Program-made: the position numbers and the translations under genes
Notes under the pieces: model-generated
What the model was told of the DNA's origin: nothing
The model's input: the letters and a program-made list of their open reading frames with translations, nothing else
The model's database searches: none
Virus genome (UHGV): UHGV-0212866
DNA from: a virus
Length of the DNA: 55,313 nucleotides
Direction: 5' to 3' (one strand)
In this document: positions 36,042 through 46,261 of the stretch, one piece after another
Numbering within the stretch: the first letter of the stretch is position 1
Layout of the letters: every line of letters begins with the position of its first letter

Positions 36042-37775
36042 TCAGCCTGCCGCATCTATGCTTTTTTCGTTGCCCTCGGTAACCTTTTCGTTCTGCGGTC
36101 TGCCCGCCTGCGGAGGCAAGCCGCCGTTTTGCTCCTGCTTCATCGTGTAGGAGGTTACGGGCGGTATGAGCATATCGAGTATGCCGCTTTCTTTTACCGT
36201 GTTCATCATCGATATTTTGTCCGTAATGCTCTGAGCGTCGAGCGCGGCAAGTATGTAATGCGCCGAAATGTCGCCGTTTGCTATCGCCGCCTGCGCATTC
36301 TTGCGCGTTTCATCGTCGGTGTATATCGAGCCGAACATGCGAAAATCCCATTCGCAGGTAAGGTTAAGAGCGGAATAGAGATAATTCATCATTCTCTCGA
36401 AGCCGCGGTATATCTGCTCGCTGTATCTGCTTTCGAGCTTTGCGGAAAGCTCCGCCTGCCCTGCTTTTACATCGTCGTCCACGGGTATCACTCCGGAAAG
36501 CCCCGCCTTTGCCATTCCGTATTTGTTGAATGAGGATGAAATGTTGTTCGCGTTGGCACTTTCGGCAAAATCGTGAGATTTTATGTTTTCCACGGGTGCC
36601 ATGTAAAAGGCACTGCCGCCCGTGTTGTTCATAAGCATCAGCGTGTTGAAAAACTGCTCAAACATCGCTCTGCCGCCGAGCGACAGCCTGTAGGCATCAT
36701 CCGTTTTCGAGCCGTCGTCGCTGTAATACGGCATTTCGCCCGTGAATATTTTTATAAGCGGGTTGAGAAGCAGAGAGAGCTGCGCCGCCTCGTAATCGCT
36801 CTGCTGTGCATATGTGAGCATCAGCCCTGCGAGCGGCGGAATAACTGCGGATGTCGTATCGTCTATCTCAAAAGTCCATACGCGGTCTATGGGAAGCGAC
36901 ACATAATAAGCCCATGTGCCGTTCTGCATAAAGACCTTCGGGTTGCCCGCGGCATTCCTGCTCACATTGTGCGGATAGAAAGGTATTTTCCCGTTTTTGC
37001 ACGGCACGCTCGCATATACAAATTTTCCCCTTCGCCCCGCGCCCTCAGGCTCGGTGAACATCCTGCCGAAATCATCGAGATAAGGTTCAAAGAGGTCGCC
37101 GAACTGCGTTACGTCCGTCCCTATCTGCATGAAGTACATCATGTTGAACGATATCGTGTAGCCCGATATGTTGTTGAACCCTATGATTGTGCACCAGTCC
37201 TGCGGGAGCTGCTGCATGAAGGCATAGTTTACTTTGTTGTGGATTTTGTCCATGCTTGTGCGCAGAATGTAAAAAACCTTGCCCTCGGTTATAGCCTGTC
37301 CGGCTATTCTGTGCGCCTGAACATCGGGTCGCAGAGCTTTATTCAGCTTGTCGATAAGACGGGCTTCTCTGATAAATCCTTCCGATTTTGCCTTTTCCGC
37401 GTCGATGTACAGCGGCTTCGCATAATACCGGTATGTGGGTATATCCTGATATGCTTTCGTTATTTTGTAGTATGGATAAGCCGTCCATTTAAGTATTTCG
37501 CTCGTCTGTCGCAGTGCCCTTTCATTTCCGTAAGGGGCACGCAGGAAAGACCCGATTTCTTCTTTTGTGAAATCTGCGGGCAGCGAGGATATCGCCTTTA
37601 CGCGCCTGTTTTGCAGCTGCGGCATATTTGCAAGCCCGAGACCCGCGCGGGCAAACGCCGATGCCATGCTGTCGGCGGAAAGATTACCGCCGTATGCCCC
37701 GATTATATTGTTCATACGCGCAAGCAAACTGCTGTATGAGTTGGCGGCGGGAGCATTTTTCTTTGTCTCTTCCAT
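36042..37775 (-). CDS. Portal protein
   Basis: 577 aa after terminase. TSYTM...GRP C-terminal motif. Confidence 0.8.
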   Translation of the reverse strand: MEETKKNAPAANSYSSLLARMNNIIGAYGGNLSADSMASAFARAGLGLANMPQLQNRRVKAISSLPADFTKEEIGSFLRAPYGNERALRQTSEILKWTAYPYYKITKAYQDIPTYRYYAKPLYIDAEKAKSEGFIREARLIDKLNKALRPDVQAHRIAGQAITEGKVFYILRTSMDKIHNKVNYAFMQQLPQDWCTIIGFNNISGYTISFNMMYFMQIGTDVTQFGDLFEPYLDDFGRMFTEPEGAGRRGKFVYASVPCKNGKIPFYPHNVSRNAAGNPKVFMQNGTWAYYVSLPIDRVWTFEIDDTTSAVIPPLAGLMLTYAQQSDYEAAQLSLLLNPLIKIFTGEMPYYSDDGSKTDDAYRLSLGGRAMFEQFFNTLMLMNNTGGSAFYMAPVENIKSHDFAESANANNISSSFNKYGMAKAGLSGVIPVDDDVKAGQAELSAKLESRYSEQIYRGFERMMNYLYSALNLTCEWDFRMFGSIYTDDETRKNAQAAIANGDISAHYILAALDAQSITDKISMMNTVKESGILDMLIPPVTSYTMKQEQNGGLPPQAGRPQNEKVTEGNEKSIDAAG

Positions 37776-37787
37776 TGTTTCTCCTTT

Positions 37788-38045
37788 TCAGCAAATATTT
37801 TGGGCTACGGAAATCGCTATATCGGCTATCTCGCGCAGACCGCGCAGAGATGTTATTTCGATATAGGCTTCTATGATATCGAGAAATATTCCTGCGATTT
37901 CGATTTTGTCAAATTCATAGTCATACTTTTCGCACAGAGATGTGATTTCGCCCTCTATGCCGTCATAAGTAGCCCGTATTTTCCTCGTTTTGGAAAGTCT
38001 GTCGCGTATCTCGCATATGCACTCGCCGAAATCATAATCCTGCAT
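37788..38045 (-). CDS. Hypothetical protein
   Basis: Coupled ORF between terminase and portal. Confidence 0.55.
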   Translation of the reverse strand: MQDYDFGECICEIRDRLSKTRKIRATYDGIEGEITSLCEKYDYEFDKIEIAGIFLDIIEAYIEITSLRGLREIADIAISVAQNIC

Positions 38046-38373
38046 TGTCAGCCTCCGCTTTCAGCTCTTTTTCGAGATTGGAGCAGAACTCATTCATTAT
38101 TGTGGCTGTATTTTGAGCACTTTCGCCCATTTCGCGTGCCGCTTCGCTGAGGGCATTTGCCACGATTTCCATTCTCACATATCGGAGCCATTGACGCTCC
38201 GCTTTTTTCAGCTTTTGCTCATTCCGCAGAGGCACTTTCCCAAGCGGCAAGTCTGCGTTCTGACTGTATACCAAAAGGTACCCGCTTTCGGGAGAGTAAA
38301 ATGTATATTTTTCGCCCTCCGGCATATCTTCGAGTTTTCCTATGTAAAGTATGTGGTTTTTGTCGTTCATCAT
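38032..38373 (-). CDS. Hypothetical protein
   Basis: Overlaps the terminase stop. Confidence 0.55.
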   Translation of the reverse strand: MMNDKNHILYIGKLEDMPEGEKYTFYSPESGYLLVYSQNADLPLGKVPLRNEQKLKKAERQWLRYVRMEIVANALSEAAREMGESAQNTATIMNEFCSNLEKELKAEADNAGL

Positions 38374-40214
38374 CGTTTCCTCAATGTCAGCAGATTTGCC
38401 CGTGTGCCGCTTGCCTGCGGTGCGCTGACGAAATCGCCGTTTTTGTATTTTTCTATTTCAGCCGCCCAGCTTGATTTTGCCTGATATTCCGTTTTCTTTA
38501 TCAGAGTTTCCAGAATTTGCGCAAACCGTAAGCCGTACTTTGTTGCCGACCAGTCGTCTCGCTGTATTGCTTTGGATTTGCGTTTCTCTTTGAGCGTAAT
38601 GCCGCTCACTTCGGTTTTCAGATTTTGTATCTGTTGGCAAAGTTCGTCCGTCTTGCGGTAAGGAAGCGCAATCTGCGCATCCTGCGCATCGTTCTTTATG
38701 CCGTTCATTACCTTGTAGGCGGAGACACCGTCAAGAATCGAAGCCGTCAGTAGCTCCACGTTGCCCTGCTCAAATTCGAGCTGCGCATATCGTATCATTT
38801 CCCCCTCTTCGTCGGCGGCACCGCGCGTGCCTGCTTTAAGCGGGTAAATCACGGGCAGCGCGTTCGGCTGTTCGATATCCGTATAAGCCATGTGATTGTA
38901 TGTGCAGAGTGGCGGCATGCCGTCAGCCGGAGGTTTCATAAGCTCGTCCACCACGTCCTTGCCGACCGCCCGCGCATCGACTACAAGATATGTGGTCTGC
39001 GCTCCGTTTTTGCAGTAGCTGAAATAAAGCCCTCGGAGCTTCTGCGCCTGAAGATACGCCGTTTTCGGCGGCGGGTAGCTGTCTACATAGACAACCTGCT
39101 TTCTGTATTTATCCCTTTTTGCTATGCTCTTGTAGCGCGTGAGCTTTATAACGGCATCTGCGCATTTGGCGTTTCGTGTACCCGTCTCATACGAAACATC
39201 GTGCGCCACAATGTAAATCGCGTTGTTGTCGCCGCAGTGGCATTTTTCCATAGTCATGAGCTTTCGGCTTCTCGAGAGAACATCATCGGGTATCATCGGA
39301 TTTTCGCTCGACCCCGTATATCTCGCGCAGGCTTCACGAAGCCAGTTTTCCGCGCTCAGACTTCTTTTCATGTCCTTGAAGTAGCCTATGTCGCGCAGTC
39401 CCGCCATGAGAGCCACCACCCAAGGCATGTCGAGTACGAAACCCTCGTATTTTTCACCGTAAAGCATGTCGTAAAGAGCTTTGCGCCTGTATTTTGAAAA
39501 GGCGGGATTTTGTCTCGTGCTCGCATTGCTTATGTGTGAGTGCTTGCGGTTTATGTGCGTGCGGTCGGTTTCGTTGTTTATCGTTCGCACGATTCGGCAG
39601 GTCGGGAAAATGTCGCGCTCGTATTTTTCCATATCGAAGGTGTCATCCTTGCTTCCTTCCTGCGCCATTTCCTCGGCTATCGTCTGCGAGCTGTTGTCGC
39701 CGCGGGGAGAATACATGCCGAATTCCGAGCCGTAGTTTGTTTCCATGCGGAACATGTCGCTTCTGTCGTTTTTGATTTTCCATATCGTTCCGAGCATGGG
39801 GTAATTTCTCTCCACCTCATGGTGCGCCTGCGCCGCAAGCGAGGCTGCCTGCTTCTGATTCGGTGCGGCATATCTCATGATTTCGCCGGGATAGGTCGCG
39901 CCCTCCAGCTCCTTTGTAAGTATCTTTGTAAAGGTTTTTGTAAGTCCGCGGCTTCCCGTTACATATACATTCCTGTAGCGTGCGTCTATGCGCATCATGA
40001 GCCGCTGCGGAAGCTCCAGCCCGTATCGCGCGTTCTCGTCTCGGAGCATGTCCGCGAGATAGTCGGGATACCAGCGAAAAAAGCTGATTATCAGTGCCGC
40101 GCTGTCCTGATTGGGCATTCTTTCATAGTCAAATGCCCTGTTTTTGTTTTTTGTTACCCATTTTCCGAGCTTTCTTGAAAATGTTTTTCCCTCTCCGGCA
40201 TATCCGGTCGGCAC
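38370..40214 (-). CDS. terL: Terminase large subunit
   Basis: Walker-A-like GSRGLTKT, APNQKQA, ISNAS coupling motif, nuclease HDV/VVDARAVG/RDDWSA. GTG start after AAGGGGG. Confidence 0.85.
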   Translation of the reverse strand: MPTGYAGEGKTFSRKLGKWVTKNKNRAFDYERMPNQDSAALIISFFRWYPDYLADMLRDENARYGLELPQRLMMRIDARYRNVYVTGSRGLTKTFTKILTKELEGATYPGEIMRYAAPNQKQAASLAAQAHHEVERNYPMLGTIWKIKNDRSDMFRMETNYGSEFGMYSPRGDNSSQTIAEEMAQEGSKDDTFDMEKYERDIFPTCRIVRTINNETDRTHINRKHSHISNASTRQNPAFSKYRRKALYDMLYGEKYEGFVLDMPWVVALMAGLRDIGYFKDMKRSLSAENWLREACARYTGSSENPMIPDDVLSRSRKLMTMEKCHCGDNNAIYIVAHDVSYETGTRNAKCADAVIKLTRYKSIAKRDKYRKQVVYVDSYPPPKTAYLQAQKLRGLYFSYCKNGAQTTYLVVDARAVGKDVVDELMKPPADGMPPLCTYNHMAYTDIEQPNALPVIYPLKAGTRGAADEEGEMIRYAQLEFEQGNVELLTASILDGVSAYKVMNGIKNDAQDAQIALPYRKTDELCQQIQNLKTEVSGITLKEKRKSKAIQRDDWSATKYGLRFAQILETLIKKTEYQAKSSWAAEIEKYKNGDFVSAPQASGTRANLLTLRKR

Positions 40215-40500
40215 TTTTGCATCCCCCTTCCGTAAATTTGCCAAAAAATGATAAAAGGGCTACAAGCCCATGTTTCCATGCGCCTGTAGCCCCGTTTGGC
40301 TCTCCCACAACGCCCGTCTTGCGTTCGGTTTTCTTTATTCTGTTTTAAAAAGCTCCTCGCTTATCCGGAAAAGCAGCCGCCGTCTTATCACATAAACCTT
40401 ACCGTTATGTATTTCTATGCGGTCGCCGTGCTTTTTCGCGCGTTCCACGGCGTTTTTCAGCCGTTCTTTCTGCGAGCTTTTTTCTTCCTTGCCGCAGTCG

Positions 40501-41571
40501 TTATTCATCGGCATCACCGCTCGCCGCTTCCGGCTCATCGCCTTTTTCGTGCCGGAGCTTTGCCAGCCCCGCATATCTGCGCGCTTCTTTTTCGTCCTCG
40601 GTTTCCTCCGGCAGAAATTCGCCGTGTTCGTCCTCAATTTGGAGCGATTCGGGAAGCTCGTTTACGATAAAGAGGTCTGCGTTTTCGCGCATCGTGTTGT
40701 ACATGGCAAAAATCATCTGGTCTGCCGCGTCAAGCGAATATCTGTATTTCGGCTGTTTGATGAAGTTCTTTACGAGAGCTTCGGCTGTTTCCTCAAAGGT
40801 AAGAAATTTGCCCTCTTTCATCAGCCCGTGCTTTTCCAGCTCCACTACAAGCGTGTCAAGCTGCAGGTTTTCAACAGGCTTTTCGTCTTTTTTTCGCATC
40901 TGCTCCGAGGCAAGCTCTTTGTCTATCATCGTCTGAACATCTTTTGCCGCGCGGTAATTCCGCGCCGCTACAAGTTCATCCGCCGCCATAGACCATTTGG
41001 CTACGCGCATAAGCGTGTCGTCCATCTGCGGCGTGATAGTCTGTCCGCGGTAGCTGTCGGCTCGCACCTCGTAAAGCCTGTCAAGCTCATTGTATTTCTC
41101 GGTCGTCATATTTGCGCCGGTGCCCCAGCGTTTTCGCTGTGCTTCCGTACCGGGGAGCGATGCCAGCTTAGCCTGCTGTGCCTTGACATACTGCAGAAAG
41201 TCGCTTTCGGTCAAATCCTTGCCGAAAATACGCCGCATATTGGTTTCGCCGTCCGCAAATGTGGCGGGCTTTCCGCGGCGGTAATATCCGTCGCTTTCCA
41301 GCAGTGCGCTTATGTAGGCTTTCCATTTCTCCTCGCAGTTTTCAAAATCGGAAGGAGGAATAAGAGGGAGGCAAGGAACATCAAACGCTATGCAGGAAAA
41401 ATAAAGGGCAAGACACGCGCCGTTCATTTTTTCGAGCTCGTCAAAGCGAGCCTGCTCGCAGTCGATGCAAAGCGTACTCATGCCCGAAAGGTTTCGGGCA
41501 CAAGCGCGGCAATTATCCTCACTGAGCACTGCGCCGCAGCGGGCACATTTATTTTCAGCAATGTAAGGCAT
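40501..41571 (-). CDS. Zn-finger protein upstream of terL (putative small terminase)
   Basis: CARCG...CIDC, KRWGTG motif. First late gene. Confidence 0.55.
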   Translation of the reverse strand: MPYIAENKCARCGAVLSEDNCRACARNLSGMSTLCIDCEQARFDELEKMNGACLALYFSCIAFDVPCLPLIPPSDFENCEEKWKAYISALLESDGYYRRGKPATFADGETNMRRIFGKDLTESDFLQYVKAQQAKLASLPGTEAQRKRWGTGANMTTEKYNELDRLYEVRADSYRGQTITPQMDDTLMRVAKWSMAADELVAARNYRAAKDVQTMIDKELASEQMRKKDEKPVENLQLDTLVVELEKHGLMKEGKFLTFEETAEALVKNFIKQPKYRYSLDAADQMIFAMYNTMRENADLFIVNELPESLQIEDEHGEFLPEETEDEKEARRYAGLAKLRHEKGDEPEAASGDADE

Positions 41572-41648
41572 CCTGCGTCCCTCTTAATGATGGATTTCGT
41601 ATTGAACAAAATTCGCGGGAAGTCGTGCGAATTGCTCTTTACAGCTAC

Positions 41649-41657
41649 ATTATACCA
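41649..41657 (-). promoter_or_regulatory. Extended -10 (TGgTATAAT), candidate late promoter
   Basis: Intergenic, upstream of the packaging operon. No canonical -35. Confidence 0.45.
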
Positions 41658-41749
41658 TAAATTTTCACAAAAAGTTGCCTTTTGGAAAAGTCATACCTTG
41701 GTTATACTGCATAATTTACAATTTGTTCATATTTTTAGCGCAATTTCGG

Positions 41750-42429
41750 CTAAATCAGACGGAGAACGCGCCTTTCATCCTCAAGCCGCTTCTGTCCCAT
41801 TGCAAAATATTTTTCGTCTTTTTCCGCACCGATAAAACGGCGTCCCAGTCTGTGACAGCATATCGCGGTTGTAAAACTGCCCATAAAAGGGTCTAAAATC
41901 AAATCATCCGGCTTTGTATAAAAAGCTATGAGTTTTGAAATGAGCTGCGTCGGCTTCTGCGTGGGATGAAAGCGTTCGTCCTTGTTCTGCGGGTCGCCCT
42001 GAAGCATGCCGTTGTAAAGGTAGTGGAATACACGTGCCACACCCTCACTGCACCAAGCAAGCTCGCAATCGCCGAAATCGTTTCTCATTCTGTCGCTGCA
42101 CCTTTTGTCCCATACTATCCAGCTTTTCGTCGGCGGCAGATAGTCTGTGTAGTAATTGCCGCCGAAAATTATCTGATTTTTACTGCATTCAAACATGAGT
42201 TCAAAGTATTCTTTGCCTATACGCGCGCTGTCCCAATCTTTTATGTCGGAATAGTCGCGGCGCATTATGCCGCGGTTGCTTTCGGCACCCCGCGTAAAAC
42301 TCATTTTTTTCAATGCCTATCCCATACGGCGGGTCGGTTATGAGCCAGTCTGCTTTTACCCCCCCCCGCCGCCATTTCGCGCATCAGGTCAAGGCAATCG
42401 CAGTTGTAAACTCTGTCAGGTTCAATCAT
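41750..42429 (-). pseudogene. N4/N6 DNA methyltransferase split by two homopolymer frameshifts
   Basis: MIEPDRVYNCDCLDLM | WLITDPPYGIG | HPTQKP..DPFMGSFTT lie in three frames. Breaks at G9 (42359-42367) and A7 (42304-42310). Confidence 0.8.
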
Positions 42430-42673
42430 CGTTTTCTTTCTCCTTGCTCCTTTCTTTTCCGCGCGTCATATCCAGAATAATCTTCAGCTCCGGCGATGGT
42501 TTTACCGCATTGCTCCCTGTATCTGGCGGCGGTGGCGGCGTGGCGTTGCTTGCGCGTGTCTCGCGCGTTCTCGGCTGATAACCGATAAAACATCTTTGCT
42601 TAAGTTTCATCTCTGCCTCCGTCCGTTATCAGCCGCGTCAGGTTGTTGTAGTGGAGTTTCATTTTATCGTGCA

Positions 42674-42976
42674 TCATATATCGCTCCAATCTAATGCTTG
42701 ACCGCAAAAGTGGCAATATTGATACTTCACCCTTACGATACTTTCCCCGAATTTTTCAAACTTGTCTAAGCAATTTCCGCAATTTGGACATGTGCAACTC
42801 GTTTTCAGCGTCGCGGTGTGCGTTATTTTCTTCATGGTCTGTTTTTTGAGGGCTTTTTTGGCTTCTTCCATCCATTCAAAATCGTCCGAGGTAAGCTGAT
42901 AGCCGAGAGATTCATCATAGTGCACCTCGGAGCTAAGCACATCTTCGATACATTTTACCGCTTCTTTTGCGTTCAT
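42674..42976 (-). CDS. Zn-ribbon hypothetical protein
   Basis: CPNCG...YCHFCGQALDWS. Confidence 0.7.
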   Translation of the reverse strand: MNAKEAVKCIEDVLSSEVHYDESLGYQLTSDDFEWMEEAKKALKKQTMKKITHTATLKTSCTCPNCGNCLDKFEKFGESIVRVKYQYCHFCGQALDWSDI

Positions 42977-43287
42977 TGCTTTTTGCCCCCGTCCATTTTT
43001 GCACCACAATTCGGGCAGTAGTTGTATACGCTTGTGCTGCCTGTAGTTGTATCGTCATCGCACCATCTGCACAGCGAACACTCAAATAAAGAGGGATAAT
43101 CTTCACAGAGGTTTTTCGCGTGCTTCACTTTCTGCACATCGGCAGTCGGCTCATTTTCAACCGTGGAAAGCGCGTCTCCATAACCCTGCGTGAAATTGTC
43201 ATAGTATCCATCCTTGTTCAAAAGGTCATTGTATTGCTCTTGCATTTTCTTTATTAAATTGTCCGCGTTAATGTATCGTCTCATCAA
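42973..43287 (-). CDS. Zn-ribbon protein (RYIDA/PTADV family)
   Basis: PTADVQ..CSLC..YCPNCGAKMD. Confidence 0.75.
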   Translation of the reverse strand: MMRRYINADNLIKKMQEQYNDLLNKDGYYDNFTQGYGDALSTVENEPTADVQKVKHAKNLCEDYPSLFECSLCRWCDDDTTTGSTSVYNYCPNCGAKMDGGKKQ

Positions 43288-43597
43288 ATTTCTTCCTTTC
43301 TTCGGGTTCTAAATCCATCTTTGCACCGCAGTTTGGGCAGTAATTGCCCGCTGCATCCAACTCGCTTGTGTCCAAGCCGCACTCCCCGCATTCGGAGCAC
43401 CATCCGCATCCAAATCTGCCAAATAGCCATCTTCCATGCTTCACCTCCTGCACATCGGCAGTCGGTGTTTCTTCCTCCGCCTTTTTGACAAGCTCCATCC
43501 CTCTCACAAATGCTTTTGTGAAATCCTCGTCATCTGCAAGATATACTTGCATCATCAAATTTTTACTAAATAATTCAGCGTCAATGTATCTCGGCAT
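43268..43597 (-). CDS. Zn-ribbon protein (RYIDA/PTADV family)
   Basis: MPRYIDA..PTADVQEVKHGRW..YCPNCGAKMD. Confidence 0.75.
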   Translation of the reverse strand: MPRYIDAELFSKNLMMQVYLADDEDFTKAFVRGMELVKKAEEETPTADVQEVKHGRWLFGRFGCGWCSECGECGLDTSELDAAGNYCPNCGAKMDLEPEERKKFDETIH

Positions 43598-43856
43598 CGT
43601 TTGTCCTCCTGTTCCATGCTTCGATTGCTTCCTCTCTTGTGTCGTAGATATATACGTCGCCCATTGTAGCACCATCCTCGGCATATCTTGCAATCGGACA
43701 ATCTTCGTTTTCTTCGTGCGAATGTCTGATTCGATACCCTAAGCCGCTCCACGGGTCATCTTCGTAATCATCGCCGTGGAGATTTCCCTCGTCATCACAG
43801 TAGACAATTGTCGCTTTCCCTCCGCAAAACGGGCATGGCTTCAATTCTTTCGTCAT
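43581..43856 (-). CDS. Lar-family restriction alleviation protein
   Basis: ELKPCPFCGG...EEAIEAWNRR signature. Confidence 0.8.
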   Translation of the reverse strand: MTKELKPCPFCGGKATIVYCDDEGNLHGDDYEDDPWSGLGYRIRHSHEENEDCPIARYAEDGATMGDVYIYDTREEAIEAWNRRTNDAEIH

Positions 43857-44323
43857 AACAGCCCCTCCGCCAGTTCTGGATTGTCGTGGATGTTGCCAAT
43901 GACTTCAAGAACATAATAACGGTCTAAAAAATTATGTTCAATGCTATATGCGGCAATGTCCTCTTTCTCGAACACCTTATACTCTATTGATTTTTTTGAA
44001 ACATGAACAACTACCTTGAATGTTCCATTCTCAAAGATGACACCACCGATTGCGTAGGGTGGGTTCTCGAAATTTTGCGGCTTAAAATACGCCTTGATTA
44101 TATCCCCCTCGAAAATCTTCGTGCCGTTCCTATCGGTCAGCCCCGTGTACTGACCGATGGTTTCTGGCTCAACAATGGAGGACAGCATAACACCATTTTC
44201 CTCATGGTCGATGCAAAGCGAGAGAAAATGGTTGTTGCCACGGCTCTTCGACAAAAAGCCGTAAACCCATTCATTGTTGTCTACCCGTTTTCCTCTGAAT
44301 AATATCTCTCTCATATACTCCAT
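43853..44323 (-). CDS. YopX-family protein
   Basis: REILFRGK..WVYG..GQYTGLTDRNGTKIFEGDI..VIGNIHDNPEL. Confidence 0.9.
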   Translation of the reverse strand: MEYMREILFRGKRVDNNEWVYGFLSKSRGNNHFLSLCIDHEENGVMLSSIVEPETIGQYTGLTDRNGTKIFEGDIIKAYFKPQNFENPPYAIGGVIFENGTFKVVVHVSKKSIEYKVFEKEDIAAYSIEHNFLDRYYVLEVIGNIHDNPELAEGLL

Positions 44324-44772
44324 CCCTCCATAAGTTCCTTGTTATCAAATGCATTTCCGATTATTGCTACCTGTATTTCGCATTCGTAGTCGTCCACGGT
44401 ATCTACAAAATGCGTGTAGCCAGTGTACCCGATTTCTTTAAGGACAAATCCCGTTTCAGCCCAATAGCCACCGGGAACCTCGCATTCTCTTTTTACTATG
44501 AAATGCCTGTCATCAAAGAGACATATATCGTTTTCGTAGATTTCCTGTTCGTCGGCTGTGTAAAGTCCTGTTGCCTCGCATATTGTATTGGGATAGACTT
44601 CTTTTATTTTCAGGTTGTAGACAACGCCGCCGCCACTGCCTACCGGAACAGCGGTATCGCATATTCCGAATCTATCCATATCCGTAAAGCTTTCTTTGCC
44701 AAGCTTCACAAGATAGCCATACGCCCATTCACCTGTACATTTGCACTTTGCGCGAAATAATTCGTCTTTCAT
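44311..44772 (-). CDS. YopX-family protein
   Basis: LFRAK..WAYG..TGL..EIYENDI..IIGNAFDNKEL. Confidence 0.85.
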   Translation of the reverse strand: MKDELFRAKCKCTGEWAYGYLVKLGKESFTDMDRFGICDTAVPVGSGGGVVYNLKIKEVYPNTICEATGLYTADEQEIYENDICLFDDRHFIVKRECEVPGGYWAETGFVLKEIGYTGYTHFVDTVDDYECEIQVAIIGNAFDNKELMEGWSI

Positions 44773-45059
44773 TCTAATTTCCTCCTATCTGCGGGGCTCA
44801 AAGCCATTTCAGCTCCGCAATTCGGGCAATAATCTGGAACATCGTCTTCACCGCGTACAAATCCGCAATGGTGGCATTCGGAGCACCATCCATTGCCAGC
44901 CCAATCAAGCCCCCATTCCCCACGCCTCGCCTGCCGAATATCAACGGTCGGTTGCTTTCTTATCATCCGTATCAGCCACGGCACGATAAAGTCAGGGGAA
45001 GTCGCAAATTCCTTGCGCACCCATTCTTCCATTTTCTTTGCATCTATGTATCTCGGCAT
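44769..45059 (-). CDS. Zn-ribbon protein (RYIDA family)
   Basis: MPRYIDA..YCPNCGAEM. Confidence 0.7.
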   Translation of the reverse strand: MPRYIDAKKMEEWVRKEFATSPDFIVPWLIRMIRKQPTVDIRQARRGEWGLDWAGNGWCSECHHCGFVRGEDDVPDYCPNCGAEMALSPADRRKLE

Positions 45060-45539
45060 TTTATTCCTCCTCGTAAAGTCCAAAACGGAAAGCGATTCCG
45101 AAATTCAGCCATGCAAAAGCGATTGTAAATTTGCAATCAAATGACCGCCAAGTTACGCCGAATGACGGGATAATCATAAATTGTCCCATGTTCTTGCAGA
45201 AACTAACTCGTTTCATTCTATTTCCTCCTCGACTATAATTTCTGGTGTTTGAAACCATTCTATAATTCCGGCTTCGCTTACGCAAAGTGCAATTATGATG
45301 CCATTAAACACGACGGTGTCAACCCACCAGTAGCGTTTATTACCGTAGCGCACCTTGATTTTCATATTTTTGTGCTCCTTTCTCTGTCAAGCACGACAAG
45401 TCGGTCGAATATTTCAATGGGAATGGTGACAAGTTTCATTTTATTTCGCAACTCCGTTTTCCAGTCTGTTTTCCCATCGCGATATGCGTTATAGGTTTCT
45501 TCGTTTGGTATAATACCTTTCATTTCTCTCGAGCCAACG

Positions 45540-45836
45540 CTAATTGCTTTCATTTTTCCTCTCCCCTCTACTGCAAAATTCGTTCGGCTCGCAAAAGCCA
45601 AGCACACCGCAATGTCCCGCTTTGGAATAAAACCTGCAATCTTTGCATCGCACAACCTCTACGAAATCGACTGGAGTAGCCGCGTTCGGTATGCTGTCAT
45701 CAACTTCAAGGCATCTTTTTACGGTTTCGGCATTTCGCCGAGAATTGAAAAGCAACATAAAAGTTTCGCCATTGTTGTAAATAATGTCAAAAGCCCAATC
45801 GCCGCAAATTTCTCTTATTTCAGTGCATTTGCTCAT
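45540..45836 (-). CDS. Hypothetical protein with C-terminal VVRCKDC Cys motif
   Basis: VEVVRCKDCRFY..C..FCSRGER. Confidence 0.6.
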   Translation of the reverse strand: MSKCTEIREICGDWAFDIIYNNGETFMLLFNSRRNAETVKRCLEVDDSIPNAATPVDFVEVVRCKDCRFYSKAGHCGVLGFCEPNEFCSRGERKNESN

Positions 45837-46224
45837 TTTCGCTCCTTTCTGCGAGTGCCTTTTCGGCAGCTTCTCTTGTGAGAAATACCATTTTACCGAA
45901 ATTTTCGAATATGAAATGACCGCGCTGGTATTTTTTGTAATAGTCATAATCATCGGTTTCAAAGTCGGTTTCCACATAAAACTCATATTCTGAATACTCA
46001 ACTCGAAGAACCTTGAGCTGCGCAATTGCGCTTGTTCCATTCCACTGCCAAGGCATATAAAGCGTGGCACCCACTTTACACGGTAATTTCACCCATTCTT
46101 TTTTATCCTCAAATTCGGGGCATTGACTTTCAACATTATCGTCGTTGAAATATTCGTCAAAATCCTCTTCGCCGAAGTAAAAATGCTTGTGCGCCGTGTA
46201 GTGTATGCAATCCTTACATTTCAT
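45820..46224 (-). CDS. Hypothetical phage protein
   Basis: LPCKVG...VFLTREAAEKAL motif common in Firmicute phages. Confidence 0.75.
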   Translation of the reverse strand: MKCKDCIHYTAHKHFYFGEEDFDEYFNDDNVESQCPEFEDKKEWVKLPCKVGATLYMPWQWNGTSAIAQLKVLRVEYSEYEFYVETDFETDDYDYYKKYQRGHFIFENFGKMVFLTREAAEKALAERSENEQMH

Positions 46225-46261
46225 CTTTTTCCTCCTTCAGGCGGGCGTTTGCCCGCCGTAT

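Noticed and set aside
20011..41835. Long plus-strand ORFs (e.g. 21450-22463, 25353-26624, 36573-37739, 40417-41835)
   Set aside because: These are antisense shadows of well-supported minus-strand structural genes and have no motifs.
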